A stretch of DNA of 64,000 bases. Source: Opitutaceae bacterium (lineage in GTDB: Bacteria > Verrucomicrobiota > Verrucomicrobiia > Opitutales > Coraliomargaritaceae). The notes below the pieces were generated by a model, which did no database searches, was not told the origin of the DNA, and saw only the letters and a list, made by a program, of their open reading frames with translations. The stretch is from positions 1 through 64,000 of the forward strand of contig JBPOFY010000001.1 of NCBI GenBank assembly GCA_051252375.1, in the 5' to 3' direction. Below, piece by piece: positions 10,533 to 22,938 of this stretch. The position numbers and the translations under genes were made by a program. Within the stretch, counting starts at the first letter, position 1; each line of letters begins with the position of its first letter.

Positions 10533-11576
10533 TTATTTATTCAGAGACTCGACGGTTTTTTCCAGTTGATCAAACCTTTTGAAAAGTTCTGGCAATTTCC
10601 TTTGTAAAATGGAGATACGATTGAACAACATCATGGGCTCGGCGGGATAGCCGCGAACCTTCACTTTCGGTTCAAGCGAACTGGTGACTGCGGTGCCGCC
10701 CGCGATCATTGCCCCCGAACCGATCTGAAGGTGCCCTGCGATGCCGGCCTGCCCGGCGACGACCACGCCGTCTCCGAGTGTGGTGCTACCGCTTATACCG
10801 ACCTGAGCGACAATGAGACAGTGTTGCCCGATGCGAACATTGTGCGCGATCTGCACCTGATTATCGACCTTGGTGCCAGCACCGATGTAGGTAGAACCAA
10901 AACGGGCACGATCGATCGTGGTATTGGCACCGATATCGACGTCCTCGGCGGTGACGACTTTACCAATTTGCGGGACACGTTGGTGCGCGCCTTCGTAAAA
11001 CTCGTAGCCATAGCCGTCCGAGCCGATGATACAGCCTGCTTGTAAACGGTTGCGCGGGCCCACTTCGCAATAATCTGCCACCACGACTCGTGGAAACAGA
11101 TAGGCTTCATCGGCAATTTTCGCATATCGCCCTACACTGACATGCGCTTCGAGCACAGCCGCACCAATAACGGCACCTTTACCAATCACACAAAGCGGAC
11201 CAATACTCGCCAAGGGAGAGACGACTGCGGCGGGATCCACTACCGCAGAAGGATGCACCCCCGGTTCCGGCTTCGGCTGCAGGGTGTTTTCCATATCGCG
11301 GCAGATCAATGCCAGTGCAAAGGAAGGATTCTCTAATTTAATGTGGAGCTGCCCGTCTTTGGGCGCGCCGATAAAATCCTTAGGCAGGAGTAGCACTGAA
11401 GCCTCAGAAACGTCGACATCGCTGCGATATTTCGGATTCCCGAGAAAGGAAAGGTCGCCTCCTGCGGCCTCCTTCAATGAGCTGATTCCGGCAATCTTGC
11501 CTTCGTAGGCACCCGCGCACTCTGCGGTATCGCCAACGATTTCCAAGATTCGTTCTACGGTGTATTTAAAAGCCAT
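10533..11576 (-). CDS. lpxD: UDP-3-O-acylglucosamine N-acyltransferase
   Basis: Hexapeptide repeats, IGSDGYGY, GANTTIDR and DNQVQIAHN motifs. Confidence 0.96.
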   Translation of the reverse strand: MAFKYTVERILEIVGDTAECAGAYEGKIAGISSLKEAAGGDLSFLGNPKYRSDVDVSEASVLLLPKDFIGAPKDGQLHIKLENPSFALALICRDMENTLQPKPEPGVHPSAVVDPAAVVSPLASIGPLCVIGKGAVIGAAVLEAHVSVGRYAKIADEAYLFPRVVVADYCEVGPRNRLQAGCIIGSDGYGYEFYEGAHQRVPQIGKVVTAEDVDIGANTTIDRARFGSTYIGAGTKVDNQVQIAHNVRIGQHCLIVAQVGISGSTTLGDGVVVAGQAGIAGHLQIGSGAMIAGGTAVTSSLEPKVKVRGYPAEPMMLFNRISILQRKLPELFKRFDQLEKTVESLNK

Positions 11577-11583
11577 GAGTGAT

Positions 11584-11624
<41 letters not shown>

Positions 11625-11645
11625 GAAATTTTAAGTTGTTTAAAC

Positions 11646-12188
11646 TTATTCGCCGGCGTTGAGCACTGCGATGACTGCGTCGGAAATCTCGAGAGAATCG
11701 TCTGCAAAGATCACTGTGTTCTTAGGGACGACCAAGTCGATGCCCTTGTCAGCTGCAACAGTCTTCACGGCTGCCAATGCTTTTTCCTGAAGAGGAGCGA
11801 GCTCTGTTTGTTGACCTTGTTGAGCGAGTTGCTGTGCCTGTTGGCGGAACTGCTGCAACTTAGCTTGCTCTGCTTGGAGCTTGCCTTGCAATTCAGCAAC
11901 CTTGGCTTGTGCTTCAGCTTTAGCTTCATCGCTAGCTGCTGGGTTCTTCGCCATAGCTTCAGCGGCTTGACCTTCTGTGATGATCGCTTGAAGACCTTCT
12001 TGCATCTTCTTCATCTCCTCCTCTACGGGAGCAACGGAACCTTTTACTTTTTCAACAGCTGCTTGGAAAGCAGTGTAGTCATTAAGCACGCGTTGAACGT
12101 CAACCGTAGCGACAACGGGAGTCTTTTGAGCGAACAAACCAGTGGCGACGAAAAGCGACGCGAGGATTACTGTAGTTATTTTTTTCAT
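11646..12188 (-). CDS. skp: OmpH/Skp periplasmic chaperone
   Basis: Signal peptide, VATVDVQRVL, coiled coil, and position between bamA and lpxD. Confidence 0.9.
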   Translation of the reverse strand: MKKITTVILASLFVATGLFAQKTPVVATVDVQRVLNDYTAFQAAVEKVKGSVAPVEEEMKKMQEGLQAIITEGQAAEAMAKNPAASDEAKAEAQAKVAELQGKLQAEQAKLQQFRQQAQQLAQQGQQTELAPLQEKALAAVKTVAADKGIDLVVPKNTVIFADDSLEISDAVIAVLNAGE

Positions 12189-12235
12189 AATATATGTTTT
12201 GGGATCTGATGTTATTTGTCTGAAGTTAAGCAGCA

Positions 12236-14608
12236 CTAGAAGCGCGTGCCAAAGGAAAAGTTAAATTGTGTGCCACTGGCCTCACCGGTGGGATCTGTAA
12301 TGGGAATACCTAAATCTAGCTTGAGCGGTGAGCCCATGAGCATGACACGAGCACCCACGCCCCAGTTGTCGGCATATTCACCCATATCAAAATCAAATTC
12401 ATCTGCGTTAACCACACCCCAGTCATAGAACGCGACGAGCCCTAAAGGTTCCGCAATACGGAACGCATATTCGAAAGAGACCATGGTATAGGTGTTACCA
12501 CCGACGGATTCATCTGGATCATCCGGGTCGCGCGGACCAATATCTCTATGATCGAAACCGCGGAGCGTTTCCGGACCGCCAAGGTAGAAGCGGTCATAAA
12601 AGGGAACTTCATTACTGTTGCCCCACGGAGAAACCGTTCCGCCACGAGCGACGATAGACAGTGACTGTTCAAGAGTATCAAAAGTTGGGATGAAGTGGGC
12701 TGTGCGGAGCTCCGTCTTCCAATAATTGACATCACCACCTAGACCAGCGAATTCATTTTCCCATACGGTGCGGTTACCCTCGCGAGTAAAAACAAGTGTC
12801 TTACGGTTATCGCGAAGAAAGGTCAGGCCGACCTTAGAAACCAACTGCTCCCCTTCTGCTGCTTGGAATACGTCGGCGATTCCGTCGCCTGTGATCGAGC
12901 CATCTGGGTTAAGAACGCCGACCCCGCGGTCGACATCCATAATTTCAACGAGCTCTAGACGATACGATAGACGCGCTTCAACGAGCTCGAAAAGGCGACG
13001 GCGAAGGTAGAGTTCGAAGCCTGTGCGTAGTTCGTCGTAGTCGGAACTGTTGTAGTCTGACTCCGTGCGGTAGAGTTCCACACCGAAAGCGAGGCGTTGC
13101 TCAAAGAGCCATGGCTCTTCAAAAGCGATCAACAACTGGTTACTATTGGTGCCGACGGATGCGCGGAAGCGGAACTTCTGACCATCACCCTGAAAGCCTG
13201 AGCGATAGTTAAAGAGGTCAAAGTTACCTTGGGATACTTCAAAATAGATCACCGCGCTTTCGACGGAACCGAAGCCAGCGCCAAAGGTAAAGTTACCGGT
13301 GCGACCTTCACGCACGGTGATGCCTAAATCTTTACGACCCGGCAAGTTGGTGTCTTCAGGGTTGAGACGCACATCTTGGAAATAGCTCGTATTCTGCAAT
13401 CGACGCTCGCTGACTTCCATACGCGTGCGGTCAAAAACATCCCCAGGGCGTAACGCGAGTTCGCGAATGATGACCTGTGCTTTGGTCTTGGTGTTTCCCT
13501 CGACTCGGATCGACTCCAAATAGAACTTCTCACTCTCACGGATGCGGAAGAGCACGTCGATACGACCAGTCTCCATATTCGGCACACGTTCGGCACTGAC
13601 ACGAGTATCGAGATAGCCACGAGAGCTATAATACTCTCGGATCGCAGTGGCGGCATCATCTACTTTTTCCGGAGAAAACACATCACCCGGCTCGATCCTG
13701 ACATTGAGCAGCAACTCATCGGAGGTATAAACGGTCGCACCATCCACCGAAAACTCACCCAAGGAATATTGGCGACCTTCGACAACGGTGATCGTAATAT
13801 CGATTTCGTCGTCGCTCACAAAATCGAGTTTAACGAGTTCCTCATCCACCACGACGTCAAGATAGCCGTTATCGCGGTAGAAATTACGTAGGAGATTTAA
13901 ATCCTCCTTAAATAAGGTCTCATCAAACTTACCGGAACCGGTCAGCCACGAGAGCCAACCATTTTCAGAGGTCTCCAATGGTTTACGTAATTCTTTGGCA
14001 GTGAATGCAGTGTTCCCTTCAAAACGAATCGTATCGATGCGAACTTCGCCGCCTTCATTGATATCAATATAAACGATGGCGAGGCCTGTTTCGTCATCAC
14101 GATCGATGCGGTAGTCCACCACAACATCGGGGTATCCTTTTTCGATGTAGTAGGCTTCGATCTTATCGGCAGCTTGACTAATTGCATACTCATCAAGCGG
14201 TGTGCCTGACTCGATTTCCCCCTTGGATGCGATGCGGCTATCGGAATATTCATCGTTACCAACATAGCGGATCGACTGAATCGTATACTTCGCAACTAAG
14301 TTAAAAATGACGTCCACTTTATTATCTGTCGAAGGAACGACATCGACGTCGATCATCTCAAAAAATCCAGTGCCATATAAGGTGCGAATCGACTGATCCA
14401 CTAAAGCTGAATTAAATTCCATGCCAGCGCGCAGCTGGATGTTGCTGTAGACAAACTGTTCACTGACCGAATGAAAACCGGCAAACTGGCTCTTGATCTG
14501 GTTAACAACCGGAGCGCTCTCAGCTTTCTGTTGCGCAACGAGCGGCGCAGTAATGGAAACAGCACCAAAAGAAATGGTGAGACATAGAAATAGTTTAAGT
14601 AAACGCAT
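12236..14608 (-). CDS. bamA: Outer membrane protein assembly factor BamA
   Basis: POTRA repeats (GNTKTK..VIIREL), FYLGG..LRGF motif and C-terminal FGTRF. Confidence 0.97.
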   Translation of the reverse strand: MRLLKLFLCLTISFGAVSITAPLVAQQKAESAPVVNQIKSQFAGFHSVSEQFVYSNIQLRAGMEFNSALVDQSIRTLYGTGFFEMIDVDVVPSTDNKVDVIFNLVAKYTIQSIRYVGNDEYSDSRIASKGEIESGTPLDEYAISQAADKIEAYYIEKGYPDVVVDYRIDRDDETGLAIVYIDINEGGEVRIDTIRFEGNTAFTAKELRKPLETSENGWLSWLTGSGKFDETLFKEDLNLLRNFYRDNGYLDVVVDEELVKLDFVSDDEIDITITVVEGRQYSLGEFSVDGATVYTSDELLLNVRIEPGDVFSPEKVDDAATAIREYYSSRGYLDTRVSAERVPNMETGRIDVLFRIRESEKFYLESIRVEGNTKTKAQVIIRELALRPGDVFDRTRMEVSERRLQNTSYFQDVRLNPEDTNLPGRKDLGITVREGRTGNFTFGAGFGSVESAVIYFEVSQGNFDLFNYRSGFQGDGQKFRFRASVGTNSNQLLIAFEEPWLFEQRLAFGVELYRTESDYNSSDYDELRTGFELYLRRRLFELVEARLSYRLELVEIMDVDRGVGVLNPDGSITGDGIADVFQAAEGEQLVSKVGLTFLRDNRKTLVFTREGNRTVWENEFAGLGGDVNYWKTELRTAHFIPTFDTLEQSLSIVARGGTVSPWGNSNEVPFYDRFYLGGPETLRGFDHRDIGPRDPDDPDESVGGNTYTMVSFEYAFRIAEPLGLVAFYDWGVVNADEFDFDMGEYADNWGVGARVMLMGSPLKLDLGIPITDPTGEASGTQFNFSFGTRF

Positions 14609-14635
14609 GAAATAAAGGTTCTGAGTTAGCGCGAA

Positions 14636-16078
<1,443 letters not shown>

Positions 16079-16115
16079 AGGACTGTAGGCTGTCTATACG
16101 ACCGCGTAAAGCGAC

Positions 16116-16616
16116 TTAATCTTCGTCTTCGTCGACAACTTCTTCTTCAGCTTCTTCGATCGGATTTTCCGAAACGACTTCAAACTTAAGTTCACACTCC
16201 ACATCGGAGTGAATCTTGACTGTCGCGGTGTGAGAGCCGAGTTCCTTGATAGGAGCAGGCAGGCCGAGTTGCTTCTTCGCAAGCTCGATGCCTTCTTCTT
16301 TAAGGCGCTCGATAAGATCGTTGGCTGTAACAGCGCCAAACATCTTACCACCGATACCGGTCTTAACCGCGATGGCGAAGTTGATCGCTGCGATGCGATC
16401 GCTAAGTGTGCGCGCATCTTCAAATTCTTTTTGCTCACGGGCTTCGCGAGCCTTGAGGAGTGCATCGACGTGCTTCTTATTTGCCTGCGTGATCGGCAAA
16501 GCGAGCTTACGTGGAAGCAGGAAATTGCGCGCATATCCTGCACGGACTGTTACTGTGTCACCCTCGGAGCCGAGGCCTTTGATGGGTTGAAGGAGGAGAA
16601 CCTGATTGTTGGCCAT
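16116..16616 (-). CDS. rplI: 50S ribosomal protein L9
   Basis: GYARNFLLP and KMFGAVT motifs. Confidence 0.97.
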   Translation of the reverse strand: MANNQVLLLQPIKGLGSEGDTVTVRAGYARNFLLPRKLALPITQANKKHVDALLKAREAREQKEFEDARTLSDRIAAINFAIAVKTGIGGKMFGAVTANDLIERLKEEGIELAKKQLGLPAPIKELGSHTATVKIHSDVECELKFEVVSENPIEEAEEEVVDEDED

Positions 16617-16659
16617 GATACGTTCTGTTGTTAAGTAAAGAGTTGGGAAAAATTAGAGT

Positions 16660-17118
16660 TTAAAAGGGGACATCGTCGTCCAAGGAGTCTTCAGCTTTGC
16701 TGGCATTACCACCAGAGGCGGGCTTAGACTCGCGAGCAGGAGGCGAGCTCTTTTCGTAGCTACCTCCGCTGTTGCTGTCACCATCATCGCGACCACCGAC
16801 AAATTGGAAGTTTTCGAGGACTACACTTAATTTACTGCGCTTTTGTCCATCATTACCCTCCCATTGGTCGAGTTTGAGGCGGCCTTCCACATGGATCGGC
16901 TTGCCCTTGCGCATGTATTTGGTGATGACTTCGGCTTGCTTACCAAAAGCGTCGATGTCGACGAATGTCGTCTCCTCCTTGCGCTCACCATCCTTAGTCG
17001 AGTAGACACGGGAGACGGCGAGGCCGAGCTTGCAAATTGTCAAACCAGTAGCAGTGACACGCGTTTCTGGATCGCGAGTCAGGTTTCCCATCAAAATAAC
17101 TTTATTAAAGGATGCCAT
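16660..17118 (-). CDS. ssb: Single-stranded DNA-binding protein
   Basis: NKVILMGNLTRDPE and C-terminal DDDVPF. Confidence 0.98.
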   Translation of the reverse strand: MASFNKVILMGNLTRDPETRVTATGLTICKLGLAVSRVYSTKDGERKEETTFVDIDAFGKQAEVITKYMRKGKPIHVEGRLKLDQWEGNDGQKRSKLSVVLENFQFVGGRDDGDSNSGGSYEKSSPPARESKPASGGNASKAEDSLDDDVPF

Positions 17119-17148
17119 GGTATGTGCGCTGGTTGCGCGGTTTGCAGG

Positions 17149-17448
17149 TTAGACGGATTGGACAAAGATGCGGTTCACGCGCTTGTCGAGGCGAAGCTTC
17201 TCCTGCAATGCAGCCGGAACTGAGCCAGGACCAGAGAAGTAAACTTCCAATACGTGGCCTTGCGTGTAGCGGCGGTCAGCGGCACGTGCGAAATCGCGCA
17301 CGCCTTGATCGTCGCTAGAAGTAACTTCTGCGCCGATGCTGCTGAGAATTTCAGAGAGATCAGCCAAAACCTTCGCGGAATCGTCTTCTGACGTGCGGAG
17401 ATCAAGGATGAAAGTGGTTTTGTATGTGTTCGTAGTCGTTGCGCTCAT
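17149..17448 (-). CDS. rpsF: 30S ribosomal protein S6
   Basis: YKTTFILD fold pattern; located upstream of ssb. Confidence 0.88.
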   Translation of the reverse strand: MSATTTNTYKTTFILDLRTSEDDSAKVLADLSEILSSIGAEVTSSDDQGVRDFARAADRRYTQGHVLEVYFSGPGSVPAALQEKLRLDKRVNRIFVQSV

Positions 17449-17449
17449 G

Positions 17450-18031
17450 CTAAGGTGCTGTGCGTTGGTTGATGAAGTTCATGGCTGGCTCAGTGCCTTT
17501 GTCAATCACGAGACGGATGTGCTCGATAGACTTGGGCATGAAATCAGCCAAAAGGAGTTGTTCGTCCTGAGTAAATTGACTCAGAACATAATCTGCGAGG
17601 TCCATTTCTTTATGTGGCTTGGCTCCGACACCGATTCGATAGCGAAGAAAGCCAGTCCCGACCTGTTCTAGGAGGTCAGAAATCCCGTTATGCCCACCAT
17701 GGCTACCATTGAGACTCAATTTAACGCGGGCTAAATCGAGCGTAATGTCGTCGTAAACGACGAGCATGGAGGAGACATCTAGCTTGCGATAGCGCAAAAT
17801 CGCACCGAGGGCGCGACCACTCGCGTTCATAAAGGTTTGAGGCTTTACGAGCAGGAGCTTGCGATCGTCGAGAGTGACGATGGCGATATCTGCTTCGAAC
17901 TTGGCTTCGTGTTTCCACACGCCGCCGAGTTTCGAGGCTAGTTTATCAACAACGGCGAAACCGATGTTGTGCCGGGTATTACGGTATTTGAGGCCTGGAT
18001 TTCCGAGACCGGCAATGACCGTAATGGACAT
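17450..18031 (-). CDS. pth: Peptidyl-tRNA hydrolase
   Basis: GLGNPG..Y..TRHNIGF, KPQTFMNASG and GGHNG motifs. Confidence 0.97.
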   Translation of the reverse strand: MSITVIAGLGNPGLKYRNTRHNIGFAVVDKLASKLGGVWKHEAKFEADIAIVTLDDRKLLLVKPQTFMNASGRALGAILRYRKLDVSSMLVVYDDITLDLARVKLSLNGSHGGHNGISDLLEQVGTGFLRYRIGVGAKPHKEMDLADYVLSQFTQDEQLLLADFMPKSIEHIRLVIDKGTEPAMNFINQRTAP

Positions 18032-18079
18032 TATGAAAGAACATTGGTGGAAGCCGCCCGAAGGCTGCCTCCGTTAAAA

Positions 18080-18757
18080 TTATTTTTCGTCAGCATCAGA
18101 CTCGTCGTCAGCCTTGACCTTACTGGCTGGGACTTCGTCGGCAGCAACTGCAGCAGCTGCTTCGGCTTCGGCTTCTTCTTCAGCGGCAGTGGCGACTGTT
18201 GGAGGCTGGCAAGAAACGAGGACTTGTGCGGGTTCACCGAGGAACTCAACACCTTCAAGAGCAGCGAGGTCGCTGATATGGATAGCATCACCAACTTCAA
18301 GTCCGCTGACATCGACTTCAACGTGCTCAGGCAAGTTAGAAGGACGGCAACGAATATCAATCTGGTGTGTTTTGTGATCGATCACACCACCGTCGTTTTT
18401 AACGCCGAGGCAATCTGCTTCACCAACAAGGTGGACAGAAACGTGAGTATTGAAGCTGCTACCACGCTCAACCTCTTGGAAGTCGATGTGATCCACGCTG
18501 CCCTTAATGGCGTCGCGCTGAACGGATTGAACCAGAGAAAGCGCGGTTTCGCCCTTTTCATCAGTCAACTCCACAATTGCAGAACCACCAGCGAGCTCAC
18601 GATTCAAATCGCGAAAATCAACAGCAGTGACTGTGATAGAGCGCGCTTTACCTTGTCCGTAAAGTGACGCTGGGATTTTGCCTGACGCGCGAAGGCGGCG
18701 GGCGACGCCGCGACCTGTGTTTTCGCGAGTTTCGATATTAAGTTTGAACTGTTGCAT
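18080..18757 (-). CDS. rplY: 50S ribosomal protein L25/Ctc
   Basis: ARRLRASGKIPASLYG and HIDF motifs; ATG at 18757. Confidence 0.96.
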   Translation of the reverse strand: MQQFKLNIETRENTGRGVARRLRASGKIPASLYGQGKARSITVTAVDFRDLNRELAGGSAIVELTDEKGETALSLVQSVQRDAIKGSVDHIDFQEVERGSSFNTHVSVHLVGEADCLGVKNDGGVIDHKTHQIDIRCRPSNLPEHVEVDVSGLEVGDAIHISDLAALEGVEFLGEPAQVLVSCQPPTVATAAEEEAEAEAAAAVAADEVPASKVKADDESDADEK

Positions 18758-18960
18758 GTCTAAAAGTTTTGGTGATAGATGCTCCCGTACCGGAAGCTGG
18801 GAAGATGAGAAAACCGCGCACCATAAAATAGCGAGAACGAAAAGCAACCCAAACTTTGGTGATTTTTTCTCAGAACTGACCAAAGTCACCGAAATATGGC
18901 CAAATTTGCAGAAATCGACTCGCCAATGTCGCGGGCAGAGCAATCTTAAATCCTCGAAAC

Positions 18961-20169
18961 ATGGCACAAGACCCAACACCACCACTCACCCCCCAACGCC
19001 TAGAGGCCCTCAGCTCGATTCCCACCGACGACGCACCCTCCCCTGGATATATCGTGCATCTGGGCAGGCTGGAGGAAAACTGCCAATTGTTAGAATCGGT
19101 CGCAGAGCGCTCTGGCGCCAAAATTTTATTAGCACTCAAGGGTTTTGCCTGCCACAGCACTTTCCCCTTAGTTCGTAAATATTTAAGTGGCACGACCTCC
19201 AGTGGTCTCCACGAGGGGCTACTAGCCCATGAACTCTTTGGCAAGGAAGTCCACGTTTACTCCGCAGCTTTCAAGGCTAGCGAGCTCGACCACCTCAGTC
19301 GCTTTGCCCATAGCTTCGTCTTTAATTCCGCGGGACAACTCGCTGCTGGCGTCGCTCAATTGGACCCCAACAAGCGACCGGAGCTCGGTTTACGAGTCAA
19401 CCCAGAGTATTCCGAGGTCGAGACAGAGCTGTATGACCCCTGCTCGCCCGCCTCCCGACTCGGGACAACACGAGATGCACTTGACCGCGCACTCGAAAAA
19501 TTGCCCCAAGGTTTACTGAAAAATCTCGACGGCCTACACTTCCACGCACTCTGCGAACAAGATGCCGACGCGCTTGAACACACCGCAGTCGCGTTTGAAG
19601 AAAAATTTGGCGACCTCATTCCCGGATTAAAATGGCTCAACTTCGGCGGGGGGCACCACATCACCCGTCCCGGCTATGACATCGATCGCCTGTGCCGCAC
19701 CGTGCAGCGCTTCCGCGAACGCTACAATCTGGAAGTCTACCTAGAACCCGGAGAGGCCGTCGCCCTACATACTGGCGTGCTAGTTGTCACCGTCCTCGAT
19801 CTCATCGAAGCGGGCGGCCACCAAATTGCCATCCTAGATAGTTCTGCGACCTGCCACATGCCCGACGTCTTGGAGATGCCCTATCGCCCCGGCATACTCG
19901 ACGCAGGCTTGCCGCAGGAATTTGCGCACACCTATCGCCTAGGTGGCATGTCCTGCCTCGCTGGCGATGTGATCGGCGACTATTCATTCGCAGAGCCACT
20001 CACGATCGGTCAGCGGCTCGTCTTCCTCGATATGTCGCACTACACAATGGTTAAGAATTCAACTTTCAACGGAGTGCCACTTCCGGCCATCAGCCTCTAC
20101 CATCCCGACACAGGCCTCGAAACTGTTCGAAAGTTCGGCTACGAAGATTATCGCAATCGTCTATCCTAA
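18961..20169 (+). CDS. nspC: Carboxynorspermidine decarboxylase
   Basis: LLALKGF, YDPC, GLHFHALCEQ, GGGHHITR, HMPDVLEMPY and YTMVKNSTFNG motifs. Confidence 0.95.
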   Translation: MAQDPTPPLTPQRLEALSSIPTDDAPSPGYIVHLGRLEENCQLLESVAERSGAKILLALKGFACHSTFPLVRKYLSGTTSSGLHEGLLAHELFGKEVHVYSAAFKASELDHLSRFAHSFVFNSAGQLAAGVAQLDPNKRPELGLRVNPEYSEVETELYDPCSPASRLGTTRDALDRALEKLPQGLLKNLDGLHFHALCEQDADALEHTAVAFEEKFGDLIPGLKWLNFGGGHHITRPGYDIDRLCRTVQRFRERYNLEVYLEPGEAVALHTGVLVVTVLDLIEAGGHQIAILDSSATCHMPDVLEMPYRPGILDAGLPQEFAHTYRLGGMSCLAGDVIGDYSFAEPLTIGQRLVFLDMSHYTMVKNSTFNGVPLPAISLYHPDTGLETVRKFGYEDYRNRLS

Positions 20170-20217
20170 TCGAGTGTTGAAGAAATAGGGTATAGCTCCT
20201 ACCATACACATCAACAA

Positions 20218-20352
20218 ATGAACTCTATCACCACAAAAGGCCTCATCTTGGGGCTAATATTACTTTTGCTCGCAGCCACATCGACGCTGCTAGTAATTAA
20301 GTTGCGGACCGAACAAACCGAGAGCACTCCTGTGACCACTCAAAATCCATGA
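20218..20352 (+). CDS. Small single-pass membrane protein (44 aa), below the ORF-track cutoff
   Basis: MNSITTKGLILGLILLLLAATSTLLVIKLRTEQTESTPVTTQNP; its stop overlaps the next ATG (ATGA). Confidence 0.65.
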   Translation: MNSITTKGLILGLILLLLAATSTLLVIKLRTEQTESTPVTTQNP

Positions 20353-21470
20353 AGCTTTCCGACCATCCATTCATTCAAAGTATCAGCGAAACACGCCGCC
20401 AGGCCATCATCGATGAAGTTGAACTCACCCAACTCAAGGAAGGCGACACCATCTTCGAAGAAGACAGTGCCCCTGACGCGCTCTTTCTTATACTAGAAGG
20501 TGCTGTGGCCTTCACTAAAGAAAAATTAGATGGCAGCCTGCAAAACGTAAGCCAGTCCGGAGTCGGCAGCTTCTTCGGCGAGGTGGGCGTATTCACCGGT
20601 GAACGCCGGGCCCTCGGTGCCCAAGCACGCGGCCCCACACTGATCGGTCGCGTCCCCGAGCAAACAATCAAAAAGATTATCGAAGACGCCGAGCCCGTTC
20701 GCCGTATTTTGGAAAGTGTCATCCATCACCTCAAGAGCACGACCGATCATTATATGGACGAAATCATGCGCACCGAAAAGCTCACACTGGTCGGCACTAT
20801 GGTTTCCTCGCTCCTGCATGATTTCAAAAACCCTTTTTCAGTAATCAGTCTCGGCTCCTCACTCATCGCACAGCGCCACCCTGAAGACGCCAAAACTGTC
20901 AAAATCTGCAACAACATGGAGTCGCAGATTCGGCGCATGGTCAATATGGCCAACGATCTCGCGGCATTCTCACGAGGCGACAGCCAGATCGAAATTGCTT
21001 ATATTTCTCTGGAGCAATTATTCCATCATTTCGAAGAGCTCAATGGTCCCCTGTTTAACGACAAGACCGTCAAGCTCATCATGAAATCCAACGGCGCCTC
21101 ACTGCAAGGTGATGCCAGTAAGCTACTACGCGTTTTACAAAACCTCATCAACAACGCCATGGATGCCATCCACTCCGTTGATATCGAGGGCACAATCGAA
21201 GTCACCGCCACGGAAACAGATAATCATGTGCATTTAAAAATTGTCGACAATGGCCCCGGCATCCCTCCGAAAATCCAAGCAAATTTCTTCGAACCTTTCG
21301 TCACCCACGGCAAACATGAGGGCACAGGACTGGGCACAGCGATCGTCAAATCCATCGTCGAAACACACCACGGTGAGATCAACTTTGAAACCAGTGCCAA
21401 TGGCACGTGCTTCCACATCAAGCTCCCAAATAAACTAGCCTCGAAAGAGCCCAACGTGCTACCAGAATAA
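20349..21470 (+). CDS. Cyclic-nucleotide-binding domain sensor histidine kinase (cytoplasmic)
   Basis: FFGEVG...RRAL cNMP motif; HDFKNP H-box; NLINNA, DNGPGI and GTGLG boxes. Confidence 0.93.
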   Translation: MKLSDHPFIQSISETRRQAIIDEVELTQLKEGDTIFEEDSAPDALFLILEGAVAFTKEKLDGSLQNVSQSGVGSFFGEVGVFTGERRALGAQARGPTLIGRVPEQTIKKIIEDAEPVRRILESVIHHLKSTTDHYMDEIMRTEKLTLVGTMVSSLLHDFKNPFSVISLGSSLIAQRHPEDAKTVKICNNMESQIRRMVNMANDLAAFSRGDSQIEIAYISLEQLFHHFEELNGPLFNDKTVKLIMKSNGASLQGDASKLLRVLQNLINNAMDAIHSVDIEGTIEVTATETDNHVHLKIVDNGPGIPPKIQANFFEPFVTHGKHEGTGLGTAIVKSIVETHHGEINFETSANGTCFHIKLPNKLASKEPNVLPE

Positions 21471-21491
21471 AACTCTAAGCAGCCTTGCGAG

Positions 21492-21953
21492 CTAGCTACC
21501 CGCCTTGCGAATCGCTAAAAACTCTTCCTTAGTCACAGGCGTAATTGACAAACGATTCCCTCTTTGCAGGACACGCATTTCTGCCAAAGCAGGCATCGAC
21601 TTCATCTCTTCGAGGGAAACGGAATGCTTTAAATCGGCGTTGTATTTTACATCGAGTAACATCCAGCGCGGATTCTTCGGATCGCTCTTTGGATCGTAAT
21701 ATTTCGACTTCATATCAAATGCAGTCGGATCAGGATATGGCGCGCTCGCCACTTCAGCGATCCCAGCCACCCCGGGAGGATTCGTATTAGAGTGATAAAA
21801 TAATATCAGATCTCCGACCTTCATTTCATCGCGCATAAAATTGCGCGCCTGATAATTCCGCACCCCATCCCAAGGCTCCGTCTGCTTAGGACGATTCTTT
21901 AAATCTTCGAACGAAAAGACGTCCGGCTCCGACTTCATCAACCAATAATTCAT
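21492..21953 (-). CDS. EVE domain protein
   Basis: YWLMKSEP, WDGVRNYQARN and RLSITPV motifs. Confidence 0.95.
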   Translation of the reverse strand: MNYWLMKSEPDVFSFEDLKNRPKQTEPWDGVRNYQARNFMRDEMKVGDLILFYHSNTNPPGVAGIAEVASAPYPDPTAFDMKSKYYDPKSDPKNPRWMLLDVKYNADLKHSVSLEEMKSMPALAEMRVLQRGNRLSITPVTKEEFLAIRKAGS

Positions 21954-21961
21954 CCGATTGA

Positions 21962-22936
21962 TTAACTGCCCACCCCGAGTTTTTCTAGGATGCGGTCCAG
22001 ATCATCATTCCCATAATATTCGATGGTGATCTTCCCTTTCTTCGGCGAATGCTTCAAAGCAACGCGGGTGTTAAAATGCTCACCGATACGTTTTTCAAGA
22101 TCACGAATGACTGTTTGTTCCGCTTCGGCATTTTTCGATTTCGATTTGCTAGAACCGCCACCACTTTCTTTCAAACGGCGCACTTGCTGTTCGGCTTCGC
22201 GCACACTCATTCCAGTTTCGATGACGCGACGTGCTAATAATTTACGGTGATCTTCACTCTCCAAGCCAAGTAAGACCTTAGCATGCCCGGTTGAAATCAA
22301 ACGGCGGCTAAGATAGCCTTTAATTTCTGAACCCAAGGAAAGTAAACGGAGCGCATTGGCAACCGTCGCGCGGCCCTTGCCGACACGATCAGCGGCGGCT
22401 TCTTGAGTGAGATCGAAGTCGCGCACAAGGCTAGCATAGCCGAGCGCTTCATCGATCGGGTTCAAGTTCTCACGCTGCAAATTTTCAATTAACGCAAGCG
22501 TCGCGGATGATGCATCGCTCGCTTCGATGATACGTGCAGGAATCGCCTTTAGATTGAGATGCTTGAACGCGTGCAATCGACGCTCACCTGCAATCAGTTC
22601 AAACTTTTTACCTTTCGCGCGGACCACCACTGGTTGCAGCAAGCCCTCCGAATGGATGCTCTTTGCCAACTCCTCGACATGCTGCGGATTGATTTCGCGG
22701 CGCGGCTGATAAGGATTCGCTACGATATCTTTAACGTCGATTTCGCGGTAACCTGGCGCATTCGGCAAAGTCTTTGTAGTCGTTGCAGTCGCCGGCGTTG
22801 CAGCAACTTTCTTCGTGGCTTTTGCACCCACCACCTTTTTAGCTGGCGTAGCCGCCACTTTTTTTGGCCCAGCACTACCGGCTCCTGAGATGAGACCACC
22901 AAGGCCGCGACCGAGTCTAGATTTTGAATTTGCCAT
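21962..22936 (-). CDS. parB: ParB/Spo0J partition protein
   Basis: LGRGLGGL, NPYQPR, IAGERR, ENLQRENL and an HTH segment. Confidence 0.96.
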   Translation of the reverse strand: MANSKSRLGRGLGGLISGAGSAGPKKVAATPAKKVVGAKATKKVAATPATATTTKTLPNAPGYREIDVKDIVANPYQPRREINPQHVEELAKSIHSEGLLQPVVVRAKGKKFELIAGERRLHAFKHLNLKAIPARIIEASDASSATLALIENLQRENLNPIDEALGYASLVRDFDLTQEAAADRVGKGRATVANALRLLSLGSEIKGYLSRRLISTGHAKVLLGLESEDHRKLLARRVIETGMSVREAEQQVRRLKESGGGSSKSKSKNAEAEQTVIRDLEKRIGEHFNTRVALKHSPKKGKITIEYYGNDDLDRILEKLGVGS

Positions 22937-22938
22937 AA

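Noticed and set aside
18961..20169. nspC without an adjacent carboxynorspermidine dehydrogenase as a novel pathway
   Set aside because: The partner gene is often unlinked and may be elsewhere in the genome.
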